The position numbers and the translations under genes are program-made. The notes under the pieces were generated by a model. That model ran no database searches and had not been told where the DNA came from. It saw nothing but the letters and a program-made list of their open reading frames with translations. Positions 17,666 through 25,013 of a stretch of DNA of 32,000 bases are shown piece by piece (within the stretch, counting starts at the first letter, position 1; each line of letters begins with the position of its first letter). Origin of the DNA: Candidatus Methanoperedens sp. (GTDB lineage: Archaea > Halobacteriota > Methanosarcinia > Methanosarcinales > Methanoperedenaceae); NCBI GenBank assembly GCA_027460535.1, contig JAPZAR010000028.1:1-32000 (forward strand), in the 5' to 3' direction.

Positions 17666-17875
17666 ATGTTGGAAACACCGAAAGAAAGAGTAAAATTGTT
17701 AAAAGCTGGAATAGATGGGAAAACTATAGAAAAGCTCTACTTGATATGCAATGGTATCAAAATTGTACACTCCCCCATCCTATTCGATATTCTTGAGATA
17801 GACATTAAAGAAAATAAAAGGATTGCAACAATCCGGAAACATGCACTTCCCAAAGAGCAGTATGCGGTTTGCTGA
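17666..17875 (+). CDS. Small hypothetical protein (about 70 aa)
   Basis: The ORF reads MLETPKERVKLLKAGIDGKTIEKLYLICNGIKIV.... An SD-like ggagaag sits 6 nt upstream of the ATG at 17666. Alternative starts exist at 17639 and 17549. No recognisable family. Confidence 0.35.
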   Translation: MLETPKERVKLLKAGIDGKTIEKLYLICNGIKIVHSPILFDILEIDIKENKRIATIRKHALPKEQYAVC

Positions 17876-17953
17876 CTCATGCGGCATAAATGAGCCGAGG
17901 GAATTTTCTCGCGATTACAAAATTTTTGAACCATTTTTTTACCGAAGGAAGAG

Positions 17954-17999
17954 TATAAATGTTAATATATGAATTACACTTCTTAACGCATAAGGAGGT
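17954..17999 (+). promoter_or_regulatory. Candidate archaeal TATA box (tataaat, 17954-17960) and strong Shine-Dalgarno (aaggaggt, 17992-17999) for the small ORF at 18003
   Basis: The TATA-like heptamer lies ~45 nt upstream of the ATG. The SD is complementary to the archaeal 16S 3' end and sits 3-4 nt before the ATG. Confidence 0.35.
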
Positions 18000-18002
18000 A
18001 GC

Positions 18003-18158
18003 ATGTACTTGACTAAAAAAATGGCAGGTTATGTATTGTATGCAGTAGGGATAATAGGCGGTGTGGAAGGGGTAACCAGTGACCCGAAAAGCATATCGAT
18101 AAGCGTTGTGGCATTGATAGTCATAATATTCGGAAGCTACCTTCTCGAGAAACAGTAA
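18003..18158 (+). CDS. Small two-TM membrane protein (51 aa), absent from the 60-aa-minimum ORF track
   Basis: Hand translation gives MYLTKKMAGYVLYAVGIIGGVEGVTSDPKSISISVVALIVIIFGSYLLEKQ*. It has two hydrophobic helices, a strong SD and an upstream TATA-like box. Confidence 0.5.
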   Translation: MYLTKKMAGYVLYAVGIIGGVEGVTSDPKSISISVVALIVIIFGSYLLEKQ

Positions 18159-18289
18159 ATAAAATTAATTTGTTTTTTTAATCATTTTATTTTTCCTGTT
18201 GCTATTATAGCTTTTTTTTAACAAAGCTTATTGCACATAAAAGTAGTCAAGCCCTATTGAATAATATTTCCCAATAAGAAGGATCAACA

Positions 18290-18862
18290 ATGAACCTGAA
18301 AGGCAGTGAAACAGAAAAGAATCTTCTAGCAGCGTTTGCGGGTGAGTCCCAGGCAAGGAACCGCTATACATACTTTGCAAGCACGGCAAGGAAGGAAGGA
18401 TTTGAACAGATATCAGCTTTCTTCCTTGAAACTGCGGACAATGAAAAAGAGCATGCAAAGATCTTCTTCAAACACCTCCAGGGAGGCAATGTAGAGATAA
18501 CTGCCATGTATCCTGCGGGGACCATAGGGAAGACGGTGGATAACCTGCTTGCGGCAGCTGAAGGGGAAAAACTGGAATGGGGAACACTTTATCCCGGGTT
18601 TGCAAAGGTCGCAAAGGAAGAGGGATTTCCGAATGTTGCAGATTCATTTACAGAAATCGGGGAAGTAGAGCACTTTCATGAGTGGAGGTACAGAGAGCTA
18701 CTAAAGGTGGTAAAAACGGGTTCTGTATTTAAGAAGAACAGAACAGTTAAATGGCACTGCAGAAACTGCGGCTATATCCACGAGGGTGCCGAGGCGCCAG
18801 AAGAATGTCCTGCCTGCAAACATCCACAGTTGTACTACGAGGTACTGGCTGAGAACTGGTAG
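18290..18862 (+). CDS. rbr: Rubrerythrin
   Basis: 190 aa. It has an N-terminal ferritin-like diiron domain (ExxH motifs; GESQARNRY, EKEHAKIF, EGEKLEW) and a C-terminal rubredoxin-like CxxC...CxxC (CRNCGY..CPACKHP). Confidence 0.95.
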   Translation: MNLKGSETEKNLLAAFAGESQARNRYTYFASTARKEGFEQISAFFLETADNEKEHAKIFFKHLQGGNVEITAMYPAGTIGKTVDNLLAAAEGEKLEWGTLYPGFAKVAKEEGFPNVADSFTEIGEVEHFHEWRYRELLKVVKTGSVFKKNRTVKWHCRNCGYIHEGAEAPEECPACKHPQLYYEVLAENW

Positions 18863-18869
18863 CTCTTGC

Positions 18870-19298
18870 ATGGGTCATGATGGCGATCTTGACTGTGATA
18901 TCACTCTCTGTAAGGCCGTGTGCTGCCGGAACTGTCCGGTTCTTACGGAAAAGGAGTTAGTTGACCTCCTGATTAGTATCAAAAAAGAATACGACCTGGA
19001 GCTTGATCAACAAAAGTATTTCAGGAAAGCGAAAGGAGAGCATGGGCTCTACTTTGCGATGAAGATGATCAAGGGACAGTGCATCTTTTTGAATAAGGAG
19101 AAACGCTGCCGGATCTACAGATGCCGCCCGAAATTGTGCGAGCTGTATCCGGCTGTTGATTTTGATGCAGTGGACCCAACATGTCCGAATATCATAAAGA
19201 ACAAATTGACCCCAGAGACGCTAACAGTTCTGAAACAGCGCTATGCGGTTGAGATCGATGAGAGGATAAGAAAGGAGCAGACCTTCAGGTTTATCTGA
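18870..19298 (+). CDS. YkgJ/UPF0153-family putative Fe-S or zinc-binding protein (CxxCxxCC-type)
   Basis: The start is set at the ATG at 18870 (MGHDGDLDCDITLCKAVCCRNCP...), just after the rbr stop. Cys-rich motifs are CKAVCCRNC, then GQCIFL..KRCRIYRCRPKLCELYP, typical of this family. Confidence 0.6.
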   Translation: MGHDGDLDCDITLCKAVCCRNCPVLTEKELVDLLISIKKEYDLELDQQKYFRKAKGEHGLYFAMKMIKGQCIFLNKEKRCRIYRCRPKLCELYPAVDFDAVDPTCPNIIKNKLTPETLTVLKQRYAVEIDERIRKEQTFRFI

Positions 19299-19300
19299 CA

Positions 19301-19591
19301 TCAGAGTTCGGTTATCTTGATCGCGTGCACTGGACACTGGGCTTCGCATGCCCTGCAGAAGATGCAGTCCGGCTCTCTCACAGGATCGGACTTGCGGGGT
19401 GATGCAGGATGTCCGGGGGTATCGACCCATTCGAACACACTCACGGGGCAGACCGAAATGCAGATGCCGTCGCCCTCGCAGCAGTCATGGTCCAGCGCGA
19501 CTTGGGTGCCGTGTACGCCAAGCTTTTCAGGAGGCTTCACTTCACCTCTTACCTTGTGGCTGTTGTGTTCGCCCGCAACAGGCTTTTTCAT
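19301..19591 (-). CDS. Zinc-containing 7Fe ferredoxin ([3Fe-4S][4Fe-4S], Sulfolobus Zfx type)
   Basis: 96 aa. The N-terminal His-rich extension GEHNSHKV..PPEKLGVHGT is followed by DHDCCEGDGICISVCPVSVFEWVDTPGHPASPRKSDPVREPDCIFCRACEAQCPVHAI. This closely parallels the remembered Sulfolobus zinc ferredoxin (..GEHSGHKV..LGIHGT..CIADGSC..CPVNVFQWYDTPGHPAS..KADPVNE..CIFCMACVNVCPVAAI). Confidence 0.75.
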   Translation of the reverse strand: MKKPVAGEHNSHKVRGEVKPPEKLGVHGTQVALDHDCCEGDGICISVCPVSVFEWVDTPGHPASPRKSDPVREPDCIFCRACEAQCPVHAIKITEL

Positions 19592-19818
19592 AAAATCCGG
19601 ATCTATTGGAATTTTCCCACCTCAAGAAGAAATGGATTTTTGAGCTAATAATAGTTTGGTCATCAGAGGATTTCGTATTTCAAGTTTTGAAAATCAGCGC
19701 ATATCCATAGAAATCCGGTTCTTATTGATGTGTCAACGATAAAAATTGAACAAGTTTAAGCCCATGAAAATAGAAACGGGTTGCCCTATCAGTAGAGACG
19801 TCAACACCAGACCATAAC

Positions 19819-20859
19819 TCAGGGCAATACAAAAAGTCCCTTCGAGGTCTTTATAATTTTAACCTCATCTCCCTGCTCCGCGCTCAGGAACTCCGGTCGT
19901 TTAATCGTAACGGTCTCATACGTCTCAGGGTCCAGCACCTGGATCGTTGATCTCTCATCTACCACGAGCACTGCAGGGACCGCATCCTCTCTCCTGCCTA
20001 ATTTTCGCACATCCATCAGGCTTTCGAAGCTCTCAATGAACCTTCTGCCTGTAACGATATCGACACCGCTCAAATGCTTTCCGCAGCTCTGTACCTCGAT
20101 CACCTTATCGTCCGCGTCTATTATGTCCCCCTTCACGAACTCAGGAAGGCGGAGCGCAAATGTGATGCGGTAAAGATCCTCTCCGTTTTTCTGGCCTACA
20201 AGTTTCGGCGATTCAGCGAACCTGCCGCCGAATGCTTCGATTATGGCTCTGCATATCTGTTTTCCGAGCTTTGAGAGCCCCACATAAAGATCGATGCCCT
20301 CTTCAAGTTTTTCCGTCTTCGCGATAAATGCAAGCCTGTCTCCCTTTTCCTGCGCGCGCGATGCGACATCTTCTGCGATTGCTTGGCATTTTTTAAGTTC
20401 CTCTTTCGTGGGTATCCTATTGTCCGCCCTTATCTGGACGATCCCTTCAAAATAACCCCCCGATATCCTGCTACATGTATCGCAGGTTTCCCAGTTTACC
20501 CGGACTTCTGCATCCTGTGCATCTTCTATCTGCACTTCCCGGATTTTCGCTCTTCCTTTTATGTTCACGCGGTATCTGGAATAGTCAAGCTGTTTGGGGG
20601 ATATTGTGAGCTCAAGGTTCGAAGCCTCTTTATTTACATTGAGATTATCCTTTACAGAATCAATGATCGTCTGCTTCTCATCTTCTTTTAACGCCCATTT
20701 GCCCTTCTTGTAAACAGAACCGCATGTCGGGCATATCCGCACGCTAACGACTTCGGGGCATTCGATCAATTTTTTGTTGCCAATGAAGCATTTCCCGCAT
20801 ACATTGTCATGAAAAATATCGGCTTCATTGCCGCATTTCGGGCAGAATAAATTACTCAT
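19819..20859 (-). CDS. nmd3: NMD3-family protein (archaeal homologue of the 60S export adaptor)
   Basis: 346 aa. It has the N-terminal four CxxC zinc motifs (CPKCG, CGKCF, CPTCG, CDTCS) and the overall NMD3 architecture. Confidence 0.8.
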   Translation of the reverse strand: MSNLFCPKCGNEADIFHDNVCGKCFIGNKKLIECPEVVSVRICPTCGSVYKKGKWALKEDEKQTIIDSVKDNLNVNKEASNLELTISPKQLDYSRYRVNIKGRAKIREVQIEDAQDAEVRVNWETCDTCSRISGGYFEGIVQIRADNRIPTKEELKKCQAIAEDVASRAQEKGDRLAFIAKTEKLEEGIDLYVGLSKLGKQICRAIIEAFGGRFAESPKLVGQKNGEDLYRITFALRLPEFVKGDIIDADDKVIEVQSCGKHLSGVDIVTGRRFIESFESLMDVRKLGRREDAVPAVLVVDERSTIQVLDPETYETVTIKRPEFLSAEQGDEVKIIKTSKGLFVLP

Positions 20860-21796
20860 CCTTTAATGAACTCCGAACCGCCTCAACGATACTGTTCCTG
20901 GAATTGTGGACCGGTTCCCAGCCAAGCTCCTGAATCTTATCTATAGAAAGCACCATGCTTGGAACATCGCCTTTCCATCCTCGCTTCCCCCCTGTGTAGT
21001 GGAATTTGACATTTTTTAAACCCATTTCTTCAACGATTATTTCCCCTATCCCGGTAGCGTTAATGGCATCTGCCGAGCCAACATTAAAAATATTTACCAT
21101 ATCGTGAGATTCCTTCACCGCGAATAGCATCGCATCGACACAGTCTGAGACATGGAGATATGATTTTCGCTGCTGACCGTCCCCCAGGATTTCAAGGTTG
21201 TGAGGATCATCCCTGAGTTTCTTTATAAAATCCACGATTATCCCGTGAGTACCCCGGGGGCCTACGATGTTGGCAAAACGGAAAATCCATGCCCTCAATC
21301 CAAATGTACCACAAAAAGAAGTTACGAGAGCTTCACAGGCAAGTTTTGATGCGCCGTATAATGATATCGGGATAAGCGGCCCATAAGATTCAGGCGTGGG
21401 TATAATGCCGGCTTCTCCATACACCGTGGATGTTGAGGTGAACGCGATATTTTTTTGCCCGTTCATTCGCATGGATTCAAGGACGTTATATGTTGCAATT
21501 ATGTTCTGCTCAAGATGCACCCTGGTATTTTCTGCGCCCAATCTGACATCGGGATTTGCCGCCAGATGAAATATCATATCCGCGCCATCGATTGCTTTTC
21601 TGAGCTTTTCTGGCTCCGTCAGGTCGGCTTTGATGAAGCTGAAATTCCCATTCGAGGTATGAGCATTAAGGAATTCCAGTTTCCCTGAACTCAGGTTATC
21701 TATAACAGTTACCTTGTTACCCTCTGAAAGCAGTTTGTCCACCAGATTACTTCCTATGAAGCCTGCCCCTCCTGTTACCGCTATATTTCGTTTCAT
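20852..21796 (-). CDS. NAD-dependent nucleotide-sugar epimerase/dehydratase (extended SDR)
   Basis: 314 aa with the Rossmann motif VTGGAGFIGSNL and the catalytic YGASK (YxxxK). Its stop overlaps the nmd3 start by 8 nt. Confidence 0.85.
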   Translation of the reverse strand: MKRNIAVTGGAGFIGSNLVDKLLSEGNKVTVIDNLSSGKLEFLNAHTSNGNFSFIKADLTEPEKLRKAIDGADMIFHLAANPDVRLGAENTRVHLEQNIIATYNVLESMRMNGQKNIAFTSTSTVYGEAGIIPTPESYGPLIPISLYGASKLACEALVTSFCGTFGLRAWIFRFANIVGPRGTHGIIVDFIKKLRDDPHNLEILGDGQQRKSYLHVSDCVDAMLFAVKESHDMVNIFNVGSADAINATGIGEIIVEEMGLKNVKFHYTGGKRGWKGDVPSMVLSIDKIQELGWEPVHNSRNSIVEAVRSSLKDE

Positions 21797-21902
21797 AAAT
21801 ATTTCATAAAAATGATTTTATATCATTAGAATTTTTTGCTGAATATAAGATTCCAAGTTGGAGTAGCAACTAATAAAGATTGTGGAAATGCACCGCAAAA
21901 TA

Positions 21903-22439
21903 TTATTTTTGACTCTTTATGCGTTCTGCGCACCCTGAAATGATCGCAGGCACTGCGCCTATCGCCGTACAAGTTTCAAGTGAAACGCCCCTGGACGTAA
22001 TATCGAGATGGAACTCTGCCATCTCAAATAATTCCCGCGGAAGTCCCTTATGACCGAGCCCTATCAGGAAAAGGAAGGATTTTCTTTTGTTAACGTTCTC
22101 TGCAATAGTGTGTACATCTGTCTTCTTGCCCGGGGCGGGATGGGATGTTGTAACCACAGGGGAGCCGAACTGAGGCTGGAACCCTTTTTCCGGAAGATCA
22201 AAAACGAAGAACCTGCCCGACCTGAACAACTCTTCAAGATATTTCCCGGAACTGCCTATTGTAGTTTTATCTTTAACGAAACTTACCAGTTCCTCTGCCG
22301 TCATCCTAAATGGATAATCAAAAAGGGCAAGATTGAACCCGAAGGCGTATGCGACCGGAGCAGCTCTGGCAATACTGCGGTAATGAGCCTCATGAACCTT
22401 GATTTTATCGTATGTATTCACGATCCCCAGTGTCAGCAT
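21903..22439 (-). CDS. Conserved archaeal hypothetical protein, possibly SPOUT-like (DUF531-type)
   Basis: The start is set at the ATG at 22439 (MLTLGIVNTYD...), which avoids overlapping speA. The C-terminal LFLIGLGHKGLP...DIT..GVSLETCTAIGAV resembles the knotted cofactor-binding end of SPOUT methyltransferases. The functional call is weak. Confidence 0.45.
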   Translation of the reverse strand: MLTLGIVNTYDKIKVHEAHYRSIARAAPVAYAFGFNLALFDYPFRMTAEELVSFVKDKTTIGSSGKYLEELFRSGRFFVFDLPEKGFQPQFGSPVVTTSHPAPGKKTDVHTIAENVNKRKSFLFLIGLGHKGLPRELFEMAEFHLDITSRGVSLETCTAIGAVPAIISGCAERIKSQK

Positions 22440-22470
22440 ATTTCTAAAATTTATAGAAAAGAAGTGCGGA

Positions 22471-24357
22471 TTATATGTCCAGATACGTGTATCTGTACAT
22501 AACATCTTTATAATTGTTCAAAATATCCTCTGCATCCGATTTGGATAATTTGTTCTCCCTCAATGCCTGGTTCACCTCGGATTCAAAAGTGGATAAAAGT
22601 GCATTGATATTATATTTGACATAGCCCAGGGTATCGCAATTCCGATCCCCGTTCACGCTTGTCTTGATATGCCACTCACCTTTATCATCCACTATTATGT
22701 GGACTTCATTGGCAGCGCCGAAAAGGTTATGATAGTCCCCGATGGTATCCTGGTATGCGCCAAGCATGAGGACGGCAAGATAATAAGGCCCGTTATTCAG
22801 ATCATGAAGTTCAAGTATCTCCTTGACATCCTTCAGATCCACGAACTTGTCAATCTCTCCATCCGAATCGCAAGTAATATCCACAATGGTCCCGTATTCG
22901 GTTGGTTTCTCATGAGCCCTGTTCACAGGAACGACCGGGAACAGTTGCTTTAAGGCCCAGAAATCCGGCATTGACTGGAAGATCGAGAAATTGCCAATAT
23001 ATTTTTTGGAAAGGAGTTTATTCAGGTCATCGAAATCATCGGATTTATTCTGTGTTTCCCTGGCAAAGCCTATGGCTTTCTCGCAGATCTGCCAGAAAAG
23101 AAGCTCTCCCTTGGATTTATCCTCAAGTTCAAGCTCACCAAGGTTGAACAGGGAAAGAAGCTCTTCACGATGCTGCAGGGCGTCATGATAATACTCAATA
23201 TAGTTCTTGATGTTTATTTCTCTTAATCCATCGTACAGGTCTTTTATTATGTGCGGCTCATTCCCCACTATTTCGACATTGCCGCCATGGTTGCCGTTCT
23301 TATTCCCCTTAATGTTTATGACAAGTACCGAATGATATGCAGCGATGGCACGCCCGCTTTCTGACAGTATCACGGGATGAGCAACATTTTCCTCGTCGCA
23401 TACGTCTTTGAGAGAATAAACCACATTGTTCGCATATTCCTGGATCGTGTAATTCGCACTCGCATCTGAGGAAGTCTTGCTCCCATCATAGTCAATCCCC
23501 AGACCACCCCCGATATTGAAATATTTGATGTTGATGTGCTTATTCTTAATTTTGGCATACACTCTTGCAGCTTCCTTTACAGCCTTCTGTATCCTTCGTA
23601 TCTCGGTTATCTGCGAACCTATGTGGAAATGAAGCATCTGCAGTTGAGGGATCATATCATACTGGGCTATGACCTTTATACAATCAAGCATTTCAGTAGT
23701 GGTCAGCCCGAATTTTGCAGATTCCCCACCGGATTCTGCCCATTTTCCGCTGCCTTTTGAGTATAATTTTGCCCGGATGCCAATAAGCGGCTTTACATTC
23801 AACTGGTTTGCAAGTTCCAATAATCTTTTTGTTTCGTTGAACTCATCGATCACAATGATAACGTTATTTTTCAATTTGATCGCGTTAAGTGCGAGTGTAA
23901 GATATTCGTCGTCCTTATAACCGTTGCATATCAAAAGGGCTTCAGGGCTCAGATCAAATGATAGCGCAGCGAGAAGCTCTGCTTTTGTTCCCACTTCCAG
24001 ACCCATATTGAATTTCTTGCCCGATTTGACGATCTCCTCGATGACTTCTTTTCGCTGGTTCACCTTCATCGGGAATACACCCTGGTATGAGCTATTGTAC
24101 TTGAACTCGGAGATCGAATTAGAGAAAGCCCCGTTCAATTCTTTTATCTGTCCCTCGAGAATTTGCGGGAACCTGAGCAATATCGGAAATTTGATTTTTT
24201 TTGTGGTCAGGCTTTCCACTACGTTTTTTAGATCGACGGTCTCTGCGTCCTTTTTCGTGGGCCTGACAATAAGATTCCCGTTTTTATTAAAAGAAAAGTA
24301 TCCGTTTCCCCAGCGCTCTATACCGTACAGATCAATTGCGTCTTCGATTTTCCACAT
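22471..24357 (-). CDS. speA: Biosynthetic arginine decarboxylase, PLP-dependent (SpeA type)
   Basis: 628 aa. It is colinear with bacterial SpeA (YGIERWGNGYF, FPILLRFPQIL, VFPMKVNQ, CNGYKDDEY, GSGKWAESGGESAKFGL, LHFHIGSQ, NIGGGLGIDYDG, ESGRAIAAYHSVLV). Confidence 0.9.
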   Translation of the reverse strand: MWKIEDAIDLYGIERWGNGYFSFNKNGNLIVRPTKKDAETVDLKNVVESLTTKKIKFPILLRFPQILEGQIKELNGAFSNSISEFKYNSSYQGVFPMKVNQRKEVIEEIVKSGKKFNMGLEVGTKAELLAALSFDLSPEALLICNGYKDDEYLTLALNAIKLKNNVIIVIDEFNETKRLLELANQLNVKPLIGIRAKLYSKGSGKWAESGGESAKFGLTTTEMLDCIKVIAQYDMIPQLQMLHFHIGSQITEIRRIQKAVKEAARVYAKIKNKHINIKYFNIGGGLGIDYDGSKTSSDASANYTIQEYANNVVYSLKDVCDEENVAHPVILSESGRAIAAYHSVLVINIKGNKNGNHGGNVEIVGNEPHIIKDLYDGLREINIKNYIEYYHDALQHREELLSLFNLGELELEDKSKGELLFWQICEKAIGFARETQNKSDDFDDLNKLLSKKYIGNFSIFQSMPDFWALKQLFPVVPVNRAHEKPTEYGTIVDITCDSDGEIDKFVDLKDVKEILELHDLNNGPYYLAVLMLGAYQDTIGDYHNLFGAANEVHIIVDDKGEWHIKTSVNGDRNCDTLGYVKYNINALLSTFESEVNQALRENKLSKSDAEDILNNYKDVMYRYTYLDI

Positions 24358-24464
24358 TTAAGTAAATCTCACGTCCTTCAAAACCGAATTAAACAATACC
24401 TGATTAGGTTTAAAGTTTTCTATCGGATCGGCTTTGCACCTAAACCACATTCTGCACCTAAAGT

Positions 24465-24665
24465 CTATTTTGAGAACTTAACCGGCTTATTTGTTTCTGA
24501 AGCTCGAAGAATAATCTCATCAAGCATAACGGCGGGAGTTAAGTTGCTGTTGTTCGCTTTCGACACTTCTTCCCATTTATACAGAAGCTCTTTCATTACT
24601 CTGGTGGCAGAGAAACCCCTGTCTAAAGGCAGGGGAGTGAATGTCACACGCTGTTCGTTGCTCAT
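24465..24665 (-). CDS. Small soluble hypothetical protein (66 aa), possibly a ribbon-helix-helix-like DNA binder
   Basis: Sequence starts MSNEQRVTFTPLPLDRGFSATRVMKELLYKWEEV..., that is, a short N-terminal beta-strand-like segment followed by helices. Its ATG overlaps the upstream ORF's TGA as ATGA. The fold guess is speculative. Confidence 0.4.
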   Translation of the reverse strand: MSNEQRVTFTPLPLDRGFSATRVMKELLYKWEEVSKANNSNLTPAVMLDEIILRASETNKPVKFSK

Positions 24666-24856
24666 GGTTTTACCTTTTTATTTTTGTATAAATAGGCTAA
24701 TGCGCTTGTCACCCAAGAAATTATCAATCCAACCCCAATTCCCCGAAGGTATATGCTGCTTATAAGATGTCCCATTAAAACGAATATCACACTCAGAACT
24801 AACTCGAATAATATGAGCGTCGTATCTAACCGTCCCAAAATGCTTTTTCTATCCAT
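24662..24856 (-). CDS. Small two-TM membrane protein (64 aa from the ATG at 24856; 75 aa from the GTG at 24889)
   Basis: Sequence is MDRKSILGRLDTTLILFELVLSVIFVLMGHLISSIYLRGIGVGLIISWVTSALAYLYKNKKVKP. An SD-like ggtga sits 5 nt upstream of the ATG at 24856. It is translationally coupled to the 66-aa ORF. Confidence 0.45.
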   Translation of the reverse strand: MDRKSILGRLDTTLILFELVLSVIFVLMGHLISSIYLRGIGVGLIISWVTSALAYLYKNKKVKP

Positions 24857-25013
24857 GTTTTTCACCTTTTTATCATAATGTTCTGCCACTGCTTGAATAG
24901 CCCGTCCTTTAGGGTGGGGTTCTTTATTTCCTTTTCAAATTTTGTGCCTTTGAGAGCTTTGCACCTAAAGTCGGTCAAAAACGGTACTTTAGGTGCAAAG
25001 CTCATCGGATCTT

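Larger units (their letters stand above)
24422..25011. mobile_element. MITE-like cassette: 8-bp direct repeat (ATCGGATC) flanking a 574-bp segment bounded by perfect 14-bp inverted repeats (GCTTTGCACCTAAA)
   Basis: The direct repeat lies at 24422-24429 and 25004-25011. The left inverted repeat is at 24431-24444 and its reverse complement at 24988-25001. Subterminal copies lie at 24452-24465 (ctgcacctaaagtc) and 24954-24971, the latter forming an 18-bp perfect palindrome with 24986-25003. The interior holds two tiny coupled ORFs and no transposase. Confidence 0.55.

Noticed and set aside
17737-17934. 65-aa minus-strand ORF overlapping the small plus-strand gene at 17666..17875
   Set aside because: It is Cys/Ser-rich and irregular, antisense to a more protein-like frame, and has no start-site signals.
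18786-18869. 5' extension of the YkgJ-family ORF that overlaps the rubrerythrin 3' end
   Set aside because: It overlaps the conserved rubredoxin-like C-terminus of rbr in another frame. The ATG at 18870 lies directly after the rbr stop.
19317-19648. Three overlapping plus-strand ORFs (79-108 aa) opposite the ferredoxin gene
   Set aside because: They are shadow ORFs in a GC-rich stretch, with Arg/Pro/Ser-rich products. The minus-strand ferredoxin matches a known family residue for residue.
19589-19731. Two similar ~20-nt strings (cataaaatccggatctattg and catagaaatccggttcttattg) ~117 bp apart upstream of the ferredoxin gene
   Set aside because: The match is imperfect, with an indel and mismatches. 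The first copy overlaps the start codon. This is too weak to call a regulatory repeat without genome-wide statistics.
22440-22505. N-terminal 22 residues of the tracked 200-aa ORF, overlapping the speA 3' end
   Set aside because: The internal ATG at 22439 removes the overlap, and the extension has no conserved look.
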